Virus record (IMG/VR): IMGVR_UViG_3300014039_000035 | Reading direction: 5' to 3' (one strand) | Source of the DNA: an uncultured virus (IMG/VR IMGVR_UViG_3300014039_000035) | Taxonomy: Duplodnaviria > Heunggongvirae > Uroviricota > Caudoviricetes | Length of the DNA: 20,000 nt | Shown: piece by piece, positions 1 through 9,386 of the stretch | Numbering within the stretch: the first letter of the stretch is position 1 | Layout: each line of letters starts with the position of its first letter | Notes under the pieces: model-generated | What the model was told of the DNA's origin: nothing | The model's database searches: none | Seen by the model: only the letters and a program-made list of their open reading frames with translations | Position numbers and translations under genes: made by a program

Positions 1-2794
1 TCACACGGAAATAAGTAGTGTAGAACCCGGAGAAGTAAAAGTTTCCGATGCCGTCGTCCGAATCCGCGAGTGCGTTGGTGTCTGCCGTGATGCCGTCGTG
101 GTAGATGCCCATGCAGATGTCATCCAAGGCGACCATACCAATCTCGCCTTCCTCCAAGTGAAGGTAGATGACTCCGGAGTTCAGCATGTTGCCGTCAGCG
201 TCATAGTCCGGCTCCACACGCTCGATAATGCCGCCTCCCGAAGCGTTCCACCTGTTTCCTATCTGTATTGAAACTCGGTTGTACCGTAGTTCCGGAACTT
301 CAAGGAAATGCCGTATGGTCAGCTCGTCCAACTCGCCCCGTCCCTTGGAATCAATTTTGCCGCCGAATCCGGTGATTCCGCTCGCATAATCGCCGAAAGA
401 CGAACCCTGCTGCATCGTGATGTGTCCCACGGCAACGTCATCCTTCTCCTTTGAAAGATACACCATAGGCAGCATGGCGTTCTGCTGCTGAATCTTGTTG
501 ACCGTGGATTCAAGGTTCGCTATGATGGTCTCCGGCGACAAGGTGGAAGAGCCGGAAGACCTCGCCAAGACATTCTCGGAAAGCACCACATCGACGGTTG
601 GAAGCATCACAGTGTCGTTCGCCCACGTTATCGTCATTGACCGTATGGCAAGGAAAAGAATCTGACCGCCAGAGAACCGCTTGTCGTATATCTGCATCAC
701 AACGCCTGTCCCAAGGCGTGACATCAACGTTGCAGTCTCATCGCCGACAAGGGTATTGATTCGTATCTTATCCAGCTGAACCGCCCAAGTTGGGTTGGTG
801 TAAGCCTTGCTTTCCAAGGCGGTCTGCTTCTCTTTGTTAAGTTTCTTCTCGGCCCACTCTACATAGATGTGCGGCATATCTATGCCGATGAAGTAGAAAT
901 GGTCACCGCCGACAGGCTTCGGGCTTGTTGCGTTCGGAAGGTATTTTCCGGTAGCCTCGTAGTCCACGTCGGATTTGGCGAGTGTGAGCATCCACTCTGA
1001 GGAAACGCCGTCGATAGTCTTTGTCCTATCCACGGTCGGCCAATCGACAATGGTGAACTCATAGTCGCTGCTTGCGGACATCCAGCCGTCGGAGAAAACC
1101 AATTTGGCCTCATTCCCCACACGGTCGCCAAGGACAGGCTCCCACACACGCTTCATATATTGCAGGTCGGTCTCGCTTGTGCCCTGCGTGGTCTGGAACA
1201 CGTTCTTTATCCAGACGTTGAAGGTCTGTGCAGTGTCTGCGCCGGATGCCACCTTGACGGAGGATGTCAAGGTTATGTTCTTGAATCCCACTTCTCTTGT
1301 GGCGCTCACCTCACCGCGAAGAATGGTATTGATTGACACGACGAACTTTACCTTCAAGTGATAGCTCGTTCCTCCGGGAATGCTGCTAACATTGAACAAA
1401 GTGCCGTCACTGTCACGGACCGCGAATATCTCGGTCTCTTTCGGTTCATAAATAAAAGCAAAATCACGTGCATTTTTCCGCTCGACATAAGGCGAATAAT
1501 CAATCTGCCCAATGAACCCTTCTGGAACACTGAAAGACGCCCCCTCTATTGTGACTGAATCTGTGACATTGCGGTTAGGCGTATAGGACTTGTTACTGGT
1601 CAAGTCAGCAAGCATATCCGGAAGTGATGTCTTCTTTTCGCCGCTCTCATCCGTCTCTACGCCGTCGCTTCCGTCGGTAATAGAACCCACGGCCACAATC
1701 TCGTCAATCCTGCCGTAAGGGTCAACAGTAACATTCTGGATTGTCGGGTAGATGTCGTCGTTGTCATCCAGTTTTCCCTGCCGCACGCCGTACTTGGCTA
1801 TGGAATCGTCATCCTTGACATACTCCACGGGACGGAACTTCTCGTCTGTCAATCCTTTCTGATATGCCCACGAAGACGTGACCTCATCCGGCTCGGTTGT
1901 TGTAGGCACGGGATAATCGGCGTTCGCCGGGCGGTTCGGATTCCGCAGCCAACCTTTGACGTAATAACGGAAGTTGATGTCCAGAAGCCTCTCGAAATAG
2001 ACCGTGGATAACTCGGCGCAAGCATCGGGGTCTCCGGCAAAGGCGGTGTTGTTCGGGTCTTCCTTCTTGAAGTATCTGTAAGGCAGATTCTTGTCGCCGC
2101 CACGGCCAAGAAGCTGGTTGTAAATATCCGCGTCCTCTATCTGCCTTTCGATGCGCGTGAGACCGCCTTGGTAGCCGTATTGGAATACATGGTCTTGTAT
2201 GGTCTGCATCTGACCACCAACGGTTATGGTGTAGCCGTTCACGTCCTTTGTGACGTGCCAAGTCAGACCGTAGATGTCGTAGAAGACCGGAAGCACATCC
2301 CAAAGGTAGGTGTATTCTATCGACACGTCCTTGACCTCTGGGGAAAGCTCGATGCCCTGCGCCGCCACGATTCGGAACTTGTTCGACCCGAAGTAGTAAT
2401 CCAGCACACGGTTGAAGGCTGTGATGAAATCGGTCACGTTCAGACGCAGCGACGCTATGTATTTGTCAACGATGACCGTGCCCACCTCGACCTCGGAAAT
2501 CTCGATAAAGAAGTACCGTTTCAACTCGGACTCTATCGAGGAAATAAAGGTAAGGTCAAGTATCGACTTCTGCGTGGTCGTGTCCTTCGTCGCCTGCGGA
2601 GTCTTGGTGTTCAGTATGAACTCCTCGCCGTTGTAGACCAGCTTCCACTCCTTGCTCTCGAAGTCGGGCGTCACGCCGCCGTCTATCTTGACCTGTGTGG
2701 TTATGGTGCGGCTGCCCATCTCCTCCAAGGAGACGGTCGCCTGACTCAACGTCGCATAGGACGGAAAATTGACCTCTGTAATGCCTTTAATCAC
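1..2794 (-). CDS. Large tail tip / central tail protein (Tal-like hub plus downstream domains), partial: runs off the left edge of the window
   Basis: Not in the ORF track. Manual translation gives an uninterrupted frame from GTG at 2794 (overlapping the upstream gene's stop) to position 2, 931 codons: MIKGITEVNFPSYATLSQATVSLEEMGSRTITTQVKIDG...YGYQGGLTRIERQ...LLGRGGDKNLPYRYF...GDHFYFIGIDMPHIYVEWAEKKL...GFGGKIDSKGRGELDELTIRHFLEVPELRYNRVSIQIGNRWNASGGGIIERV. These motifs resemble Bacteroidales phage tail proteins, and the position after TMP/Dit fits. Confidence 0.85.
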   Translation of the reverse strand, partial: MIKGITEVNFPSYATLSQATVSLEEMGSRTITTQVKIDGGVTPDFESKEWKLVYNGEEFILNTKTPQATKDTTTQKSILDLTFISSIESELKRYFFIEISEVEVGTVIVDKYIASLRLNVTDFITAFNRVLDYYFGSNKFRIVAAQGIELSPEVKDVSIEYTYLWDVLPVFYDIYGLTWHVTKDVNGYTITVGGQMQTIQDHVFQYGYQGGLTRIERQIEDADIYNQLLGRGGDKNLPYRYFKKEDPNNTAFAGDPDACAELSTVYFERLLDINFRYYVKGWLRNPNRPANADYPVPTTTEPDEVTSSWAYQKGLTDEKFRPVEYVKDDDSIAKYGVRQGKLDDNDDIYPTIQNVTVDPYGRIDEIVAVGSITDGSDGVETDESGEKKTSLPDMLADLTSNKSYTPNRNVTDSVTIEGASFSVPEGFIGQIDYSPYVERKNARDFAFIYEPKETEIFAVRDSDGTLFNVSSIPGGTSYHLKVKFVVSINTILRGEVSATREVGFKNITLTSSVKVASGADTAQTFNVWIKNVFQTTQGTSETDLQYMKRVWEPVLGDRVGNEAKLVFSDGWMSASSDYEFTIVDWPTVDRTKTIDGVSSEWMLTLAKSDVDYEATGKYLPNATSPKPVGGDHFYFIGIDMPHIYVEWAEKKLNKEKQTALESKAYTNPTWAVQLDKIRINTLVGDETATLMSRLGTGVVMQIYDKRFSGGQILFLAIRSMTITWANDTVMLPTVDVVLSENVLARSSGSSTLSPETIIANLESTVNKIQQQNAMLPMVYLSKEKDDVAVGHITMQQGSSFGDYASGITGFGGKIDSKGRGELDELTIRHFLEVPELRYNRVSIQIGNRWNASGGGIIERVEPDYDADGNMLNSGVIYLHLEEGEIGMVALDDICMGIYHDGITADTNALADSDDGIGNFYFSGFYTTYFRV

Positions 2795-3281
2795 TTGTCT
2801 GTGCAGTTAGATTGAAATCACAAAGACTTGGTTTAGTCACACGTATTTTCCACTCCACGACCACCACATCGTGCCACTCACCCTTGGAATCGCGCCAGAA
2901 GTCCGTGGCCTCCGATATGGGGTAAGGATAGCCGACAATCAAAGTCTTCTTATAGTCGTTGTAGAACCACACCCGCTTGAATGTCTTCACGCCGTTATCA
3001 TCCTTGTCGAACAGCGCGGCGTTGAATGCAGCAATCTTCTGGTTTGCGTTTTCAAGGCTGCCCTCAGCCTTGACGTAGAACTTGACCTTGTAATCGAACG
3101 CCGCGTCAACCGTCTTGGTCAGAAGATGCTCACCCTCCTCCTCCGGGTAGGCCGTGGACTCGAAAGCCTTGATGTCCGGGCCGAGGCGGTTGTCGGCTGA
3201 CACATAGACAAGGCCATAGGTCTCGTCCGTGTAGACCGGGCTTCCGTCACCGTCCCCTATTTTAAGACGCACTCTCAGCAT
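2787..3281 (-). CDS. Probable distal tail (Dit-like) protein, 164 aa
   Basis: ORF with AAGGAGG 6 nt upstream of ATG; beta-rich, aromatic sequence (STAYPEEEGEH, FYNDYKKTLIVGY). Lies between the tape measure and the large tail tip gene. Function is inferred from gene order. Confidence 0.55.
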   Translation of the reverse strand: MLRVRLKIGDGDGSPVYTDETYGLVYVSADNRLGPDIKAFESTAYPEEEGEHLLTKTVDAAFDYKVKFYVKAEGSLENANQKIAAFNAALFDKDDNGVKTFKRVWFYNDYKKTLIVGYPYPISEATDFWRDSKGEWHDVVVVEWKIRVTKPSLCDFNLTAQTSD

Positions 3282-3651
3282 CGTCTTCCTCCTTTTTCAG
3301 ATGACAGGTGTCGCAATCCGGCGATTCGTCATACTTCTCCTCAAGAAGAAGCACCGGACAGCCGTCACCCATATTCGTGTACTTGCACTTGCTCGCCCGT
3401 CTGATGCACTTGGACTTCTTGTCCAGCTTCGCCTCAAGACGCTTGTTCATCGCCCTTGTCTCCTCAATCGTGCCCTGCTGCTCCTCAATATATTTCTTCT
3501 GGAGTCCGAGAATCTGCGTCACATTGTCGAGGACGTCCTTGTCCTTCTTCTGACGGCTGCGCCAGACGTTACCGAACCACCCCATGATGCCCGTGACCAA
3601 CGGAAGTCCGAGGTTCTGCAATATGTCCGAAAGTATTGGTGTCTCACCCAT
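3262..3651 (-). CDS. Membrane-anchored coiled-coil protein with Cys-rich C-terminus (holin- or spanin-like), 129 aa
   Basis: Likely start is ATG 3651 (MGETPIL...), 2 nt after the upstream stop, rather than 3681. Hydrophobic N-terminal segment (ILQNLGLPLVTGIMGWFGNVW), basic patch (RSRQKK), coiled coil, then C-x6-C...GCPV...CDTC. Confidence 0.55.
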   Translation of the reverse strand: MGETPILSDILQNLGLPLVTGIMGWFGNVWRSRQKKDKDVLDNVTQILGLQKKYIEEQQGTIEETRAMNKRLEAKLDKKSKCIRRASKCKYTNMGDGCPVLLLEEKYDESPDCDTCHLKKEEDDAESAS

Positions 3652-3653
3652 AA

Positions 3654-4136
3654 TTATTTGGTATTTAGATATTTCAGACAATGCAGTCTTGCAGACTCCT
3701 CGGCCTCAACCTTGCTGTCACCATAGATGTAAAGCGGAACCCGGACAGGGTACGGCATATTGTCTGCGTTGCAGCTCTCCACTTTCATGTCGCATCCGTT
3801 GGCGAAATGCAGCATAGGGATTATCGCCTTGTCAACGTTCAGCCCCGTGCGAATAGTCCCGGTGCAGTTGTGGAAGACATAGACCTGCTGGTCATCAAGG
3901 ACCTCGCCGTCAAAGTGGCGGTCAACGAATACACCGGAGGCGTCGGCGTCGCTGAAATGGCGGCGTATAATCTCCAAATCGGGATAACCCTCCTTTATCG
4001 CCCAGTCCACGGTTTTCTTGTATAAGGCGACGGCCTCCACCTTGGACTGCACCTCCGAAAGCGCCGCGCGGTTCTCCCCGCACATGTGGTGCAGGGAGGC
4101 CTCGTGACGCAGCTGTTTTTTCCAGTCTTTCTCCAT
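3654..4136 (-). CDS. Conserved phage hypothetical protein, 160 aa
   Basis: Well-formed ORF in the operon direction with its own upstream -7 promoter box. The pattern HMC..N...LYKKTVDWAIKEGYP resembles proteins found next to tape measure genes in Bacteroidales phages. Function unknown. Confidence 0.75.
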   Translation of the reverse strand: MEKDWKKQLRHEASLHHMCGENRAALSEVQSKVEAVALYKKTVDWAIKEGYPDLEIIRRHFSDADASGVFVDRHFDGEVLDDQQVYVFHNCTGTIRTGLNVDKAIIPMLHFANGCDMKVESCNADNMPYPVRVPLYIYGDSKVEAEESARLHCLKYLNTK

Positions 4137-4140
4137 GTCG

Positions 4141-4172
4141 CAAAGGTACGAAAATTAACTCTTTGTGCCAAC
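4141..4172 (-). promoter_or_regulatory. Bacteroidetes sigma-A type promoter (-7 TACCTTTG; GTTG as -33-like box)
   Basis: Minus strand reads GTTG-N20-TACCTTTG-CGAC-ATG, matching the TTTG-N19-21-TAnnTTTG consensus; -7 box at 4141-4148. Confidence 0.7.
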
Positions 4173-7100
4173 ACAATGGGTGTTGATATTGGCCGACTTC
4201 GGCGTTATCACGCTGCGGATCATCTGGTATATCCCGGCGACGTTCTCGTCTATCCTGCTCATCTGCCCACGGAACGTCTCGTCGCCAAACTGAACAGAGG
4301 TGGCCTGCGGCGTGGCCACGGTGTTAGGTGTAGAGCCACCCTGTATCGCCACAAGGATAGCGGCGACGTTTCGGTCTATGTTCGGCATATAGGACATATA
4401 GAAGTTCTGCGTGTTGATGCCCGCCGCAAGGGCGTTGATGGACTCCTCGGAAGCACCGGCGATGTCCTTGGATATTCCGGAAAGGGTTGAGCCGGTGGCA
4501 CGGATATTCATTCCGGCTGCGGTGAATCTGTCCATCAAGGCGGTAAAGGATGTCTGTATATCCTCGTTTACCGCCGTGGTCAACTCCGCGATTTTTGCTA
4601 TATCATCCACGGAAAGCTCACCATCCTCAGAATAATCCTCAATGGCATCAAACACCGGCTTCAAGATTTTCTGCATCATCTGCCCGGCGACTGACTTCAC
4701 AATCATGTTGTCTATCATCTCCTTGAACTTGTCCTTCATGGCCGATGTTGTGCTTGAGAACTCACGGTACGCGTCAATCCAAGATTGCGCAAAATCCTCA
4801 GCCGCGGAAGTCAAGTCTGTACCCGAAAAGAACTCGCTGAGCTGATGCTTCATCTCATCCATCTTCTCCAAAACGTCATCCATACTCTCTTCGTATTCCT
4901 TTATCTTGTCATCATCGGCCTTGTGCCCCTTGCTTCTTTCAGCGTCAGCCATCTTCTGATAAGCATCGGCCTGCGCTTGGAGGTTCTTCATCTGCTCTTG
5001 GTAGTTGTAGATGTAGTCTGAGCCGAATGAATCCTCCATAGCCTTCTCCAACCTCTTATACGCCTTTTCAAGATTGTCCACTATCTCTTGTTGATTCTCT
5101 ATCTCGCGGTTCGCCTTGGCGGTGGACAGATTGCTCATTATCATGCCCAGTGCGGCGACAGACGCAATTATGGCGGAAATAGCAAGAACTACCGGGTTGG
5201 TCTCCAAAAGGGTGAACATTGCGTTGATGAACACAAGGGCCGTGCCAACCATAGTAAGACCGGCGGCGATGCCTTGCAGTACTGCTTCACCGTCAGAAGC
5301 TTCGTCAAGGTTCAGAATATCGGAAACAGAACTTACGATTGAAGAAAATGTATTGAAAGTAGTGCTGACATCATTTACCGATTTCTCGGTAGATTTCATA
5401 GCCTTGCGCATAGAGTCTTGCGCTTTCTTATACTCTTGAGTACCTTTCTTACCCTCTTTCTCCAATCTGTTTGCCGTCTGCTTGGCCTTGATATAATCCT
5501 TTATACCTTTTATCGCGCCTTGGTAAGGATTTCTTTCCGTAATCTGCGCCTGCGCCTGCTCTAATGCCTGGACAGCCGCCTTCAACGACTCCGGAGCGTC
5601 ACCGGAATCCTTCCACTTGTCGATGTACGAGGTCAGCAAGGCGATGAGGTTGTTCAGCGTTGCCGTTGATACGTTATCCATATCCTCGAACGCCTTTGTC
5701 CACTCGTAAGTGGCTTTCAACGCCTCCATTTCGATATTGGACACCTCCTTCGCCTCCTTGCTGGTTGAAGCCGCCTGCATCTGCGTCGAAGTGGCCTTGA
5801 CCTTGGCTTTGGCGGCGGTTTTCTCCTCGGTGGTCTTGGTCGAATCCTTGTCTATCGCCGCAATCTGCTCCGCCTCCCACTGCTGAATCTCAACCCGTTT
5901 CTGTGCCTCACGCTGCTGCGTCTCGGTGATGCGCTCCTCGAAAGTTTTGTGCTTCTGATACGAGGTGACCAAATCTTTCAGCCATTGGGCGTTGTACTGG
6001 ATTGAACTGTTGGCGGCATCTTGCAGCACCTTCTGCCACTCCTGCGAGAACTTGTCCAGATTGGAGAGGATATACCCGAAGTCCTGCGTGTCTATGGCCG
6101 CCTTCATCTCCGGGGTCTGGTCGGCTTCCGAAAGGCTCGCGAAAGCCTTGTCCAGCTGCGACTGAATCCGGCCCTTGAAGTCCTTTCCGATGTCGCCGTA
6201 GACCGAGACGGTCAGCGTCGTGGCGAGCTGCTCGTCTCCTGTCTGGCCGAGGATGTCGTTGTAGAAGTTGCGTGCAGCCTCGCTGTTCTTTAACTCGGTG
6301 CTGAGCTGTTTTATCGCCTTGTCAAGGTTCTTTGACATCTGAGACGTGTCTATGTCAGTCTTTGCGTCAAAGATGGACTGTATCAAGGACTGATATTCAC
6401 GAAGCACACCGGAATCAATTTTCAAACCGAGGAAATCCAGAACATCACCTTTCGCGCCCTTCTTTTGCGCCTCGGCAAAAACCGTCTTCTTCAAGTCCTC
6501 GAACCAGCCGGAAAGGTCGGTCGCAGCGCGTTTCTGTTCAGCCGGGTCAATTCCCAAGGCCACACCACGCCCCTGCATAATGCTTCCCTCTTTCTGCAAA
6601 GCGGATGAAGCCGACATAAATTTCAGTAGGGATTCATAACCCTTCTGGAAATCCTTCATGAACTTGATACGATTCTGCATCAATAGGATGAAAGAATCCT
6701 TTGTCGTGCCACCGCTGCCATTTGAAGCCGTCAGATACATCGCATTATTGTCGGTCAGTATCTTTGTGTACATGGCAAGCTGCGCCTTTGCGTCAGCAAG
6801 GGCTGCGGCCATCTGTTCTTTCTTTCCTCCTGTAGCCGCACCATAAGCGTGCTGATAGAACTCGACTGCCTCTTTCTGTTCTTTATAGCCTTTTGCCGCA
6901 TCATCGAGAGCGTCTTTCAGCGATGTGAAGTTCTCAATCTGCTCGTTGGTGAAGGCGCGGACCTTCTGACCGGTGCTTGACATCGTGTATGCGTAGCCAG
7001 TGAGGGACAGCCGCCATTTGTCATCAAAAAAGTCCAACCAAACGCCAACCTCACCGGAATAGCCTTCCAACTGTTTATTCGCGTCTTCGACTAACGTCAG

Positions 7101-9386
7101 ATACTGTTTTATCTCGGCTTCTAGTTCGGTGATACGCCGTCCACGTGCGGCCCGCTCTTCTTCGGTTAAATCATCTTCGTATTGTGTGTTATAAGGACCA
7201 AAACGAGTGATTTTACCGCGCTCCAGCTCGCGCGCTATCTTGTCACGTTCAACCTCGCGTTTTGCAAGTTCGGCCTCGGCACTTGTCTTATCTTGCATCA
7301 AGGCTAATTTTATAGCTTCTTTAACCGCGTCGTTGTTGGCTTGTATCGCCTTGGTATTTATCTTCAAAGAACCTGTCTGTGCATCCACACCAGCCACAGC
7401 AGATGGATAAGCCTTTGCCAAATCCTTGGTGATTCGAGTCAATTTTTTTTGCTCCTCCGCAGTCTTGTCCGTCTTCTTGCTTAACTCGTCATAAGATGTA
7501 CACAAATCATCAATATCCTTGGCGTGGGACTTTGACTGCTTGAAAGATTCCAAAGACTTCTCGAAATCATCAACGCTTATCTTCGCCTTGTTGGCATTGG
7601 TCATCAACTGATACAAGCCATACCCCAACGCCGTTATCCCCGCTATCGCCAGAGCATAAGGGTTTTTAAGCAAAGCCGCCGTCATCTTGTAGAACGCCTT
7701 GGTGAACAGGTTGGTGGCAGCGGCCTCCCGTGTCTTCGCCGCCACATAGGCGTTGCTCAAGGCTATCTGCACCTTCTTCGCAGCAGTCTCGCCGAAAATC
7801 AAAGTTATGGTCTTGCTTATGCCAACCTGCTTTTGCCACTCAATCTTTAACTCGGCCAATTTCGCAGCAGTAAGTGCCTTGGTTGCCATTGAAGAAGCAA
7901 TAACCGCCACTTTATATGCCGTCATAGACGCGATAACCCCGCCAAGAACCTTGCTGACCGTTTGCCAATTATCCATCAATGATTTTGCAGATGAAATCAT
8001 AAATTCCATGGCTTTATGAACAACCTTTGTGTTACCTATCTCATCATACATGATAGCGACGGAATCCTTCAAGTTCATCCATTGGCCTTGCAGAGTCTCG
8101 GACTGCTTCTCCTGCATTTTGTAGAATATACCGCCGGCATTGGTCATATCCTCAAATATCTCCTTGACCATCTTGAAGGACACGGCGCGCTTAGATATAA
8201 GGTCAAAAACCTCTGCCGTGTTCACCATACGCCCGGAAAGCTGTGTGAACTTGTCGGCCAGCAACTCCACTAATGGGATTCCTGCCTCGGTGAACTGCCG
8301 CAGTTCCTGTCCACGAAGCACAGAAGCAGCACGGACCTGACCATAGGCAAGGATTATACGCCCCATATCAACACCGAGACCGGAAGATATGTCTGCTAAG
8401 CGCTGTGTCGTCTCAAATAACTGGTCTGTCTCTATTCTGTACGCAGAAAGCTGCTTGGTGTAAGACACCAAGTCTTTGATTTCAAAAGGAGATTTGATAG
8501 CTGCGGCCTTAATCTGTTTAAAGAGTTCGCTCGCCTTGTCACTATCCTGTATGATGCCGCCCAAGGCTACCCTCTGCATCTCGAACTCGGCAGTCACGGC
8601 ACGGATGTTACGAAGAAAGTTCGTCACTTGATGCAACGCAAAATAGGCTGCTGTACTTTTTATCAAGGTGCCGAGCCGTGAATGGCTTTTTGACAACTCC
8701 GTGTTATAGGTCTTCTGCTCACTTGTAGCTGACTTTATCTTAGCACGCACATCCGTCAGACGGGTCTCGTAATCCTTAAAGGCCGTAGAACCTATCGCCA
8801 CCTGCCCCATAGCCGCCGACAACAAAGATTCCTGCTTACGGAGTTCATTCAGCGTATTTGCCGGAGCGGACATCATGAGTTTAGCGGGCATCATGAGTTT
8901 ATTGTCACGTGTAGCCTGCGCACGTTTGGCGAGCTTGTCCTGCTCCGCCGCCCAGCGCGAGGTCAGCGATGCGTTCTTATCCAACGCCTTCGCTATCCGC
9001 TTGTATTCATTGTACAGCTCCTTGGCCTCAGCGGTCAATGCACCCCTCGCCGTGAACTTCTGTGCGCTGCCCATTTCCTCCCACCTGCGGTTCACCGAGG
9101 CGAGGTCGGCGGTCAGTTGCTTAATGCTTCCGTCGTTGGCAGACAAACGCCGCATCTTGTCGTTCGCCACGTCAAGCGACTGCGCAAGACCCTGCACCCA
9201 TTTTGTCGCGTCTTTCCAGTCCTGACTGTCTATCGGCGCCTCGGCCATAAGTTGACGCGCCATGTTCAGTTCCTGTGACAGCTGCTCTATCGTGTTCTTC
9301 AACGGACGCATCGCCGAAGGCAGCTTCTTTATGGCGTCGTCAAACGCCTTGTCAATGTCAATGACTACCGGTATCTCCACCGCCAT
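4155..9386 (-). CDS. Tail tape measure protein, 1743 aa
   Basis: Very long Ala/Lys/Glu-rich helical ORF with a tape-measure domain signature (AIKSPFEIKDLVSYTKQLSAY...LADISSGLGVDMGRIILAYGQVRAASVLRGQELRQFTEAGIPLVELLA) and hydrophobic segments. Follows the tail chaperone genes. Confidence 0.95.
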   Translation of the reverse strand: MAVEIPVVIDIDKAFDDAIKKLPSAMRPLKNTIEQLSQELNMARQLMAEAPIDSQDWKDATKWVQGLAQSLDVANDKMRRLSANDGSIKQLTADLASVNRRWEEMGSAQKFTARGALTAEAKELYNEYKRIAKALDKNASLTSRWAAEQDKLAKRAQATRDNKLMMPAKLMMSAPANTLNELRKQESLLSAAMGQVAIGSTAFKDYETRLTDVRAKIKSATSEQKTYNTELSKSHSRLGTLIKSTAAYFALHQVTNFLRNIRAVTAEFEMQRVALGGIIQDSDKASELFKQIKAAAIKSPFEIKDLVSYTKQLSAYRIETDQLFETTQRLADISSGLGVDMGRIILAYGQVRAASVLRGQELRQFTEAGIPLVELLADKFTQLSGRMVNTAEVFDLISKRAVSFKMVKEIFEDMTNAGGIFYKMQEKQSETLQGQWMNLKDSVAIMYDEIGNTKVVHKAMEFMISSAKSLMDNWQTVSKVLGGVIASMTAYKVAVIASSMATKALTAAKLAELKIEWQKQVGISKTITLIFGETAAKKVQIALSNAYVAAKTREAAATNLFTKAFYKMTAALLKNPYALAIAGITALGYGLYQLMTNANKAKISVDDFEKSLESFKQSKSHAKDIDDLCTSYDELSKKTDKTAEEQKKLTRITKDLAKAYPSAVAGVDAQTGSLKINTKAIQANNDAVKEAIKLALMQDKTSAEAELAKREVERDKIARELERGKITRFGPYNTQYEDDLTEEERAARGRRITELEAEIKQYLTLVEDANKQLEGYSGEVGVWLDFFDDKWRLSLTGYAYTMSSTGQKVRAFTNEQIENFTSLKDALDDAAKGYKEQKEAVEFYQHAYGAATGGKKEQMAAALADAKAQLAMYTKILTDNNAMYLTASNGSGGTTKDSFILLMQNRIKFMKDFQKGYESLLKFMSASSALQKEGSIMQGRGVALGIDPAEQKRAATDLSGWFEDLKKTVFAEAQKKGAKGDVLDFLGLKIDSGVLREYQSLIQSIFDAKTDIDTSQMSKNLDKAIKQLSTELKNSEAARNFYNDILGQTGDEQLATTLTVSVYGDIGKDFKGRIQSQLDKAFASLSEADQTPEMKAAIDTQDFGYILSNLDKFSQEWQKVLQDAANSSIQYNAQWLKDLVTSYQKHKTFEERITETQQREAQKRVEIQQWEAEQIAAIDKDSTKTTEEKTAAKAKVKATSTQMQAASTSKEAKEVSNIEMEALKATYEWTKAFEDMDNVSTATLNNLIALLTSYIDKWKDSGDAPESLKAAVQALEQAQAQITERNPYQGAIKGIKDYIKAKQTANRLEKEGKKGTQEYKKAQDSMRKAMKSTEKSVNDVSTTFNTFSSIVSSVSDILNLDEASDGEAVLQGIAAGLTMVGTALVFINAMFTLLETNPVVLAISAIIASVAALGMIMSNLSTAKANREIENQQEIVDNLEKAYKRLEKAMEDSFGSDYIYNYQEQMKNLQAQADAYQKMADAERSKGHKADDDKIKEYEESMDDVLEKMDEMKHQLSEFFSGTDLTSAAEDFAQSWIDAYREFSSTTSAMKDKFKEMIDNMIVKSVAGQMMQKILKPVFDAIEDYSEDGELSVDDIAKIAELTTAVNEDIQTSFTALMDRFTAAGMNIRATGSTLSGISKDIAGASEESINALAAGINTQNFYMSYMPNIDRNVAAILVAIQGGSTPNTVATPQATSVQFGDETFRGQMSRIDENVAGIYQMIRSVITPKSANINTHCVGTKS
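8871..8901. repeat. 13-bp direct repeat, 18-bp period (catcatgagttta x2), in-frame within the tape measure gene
   Basis: Copies at 8871-8883 and 8889-8901; the protein reads KLMMPA-KLMMSA. Confidence 0.85.
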
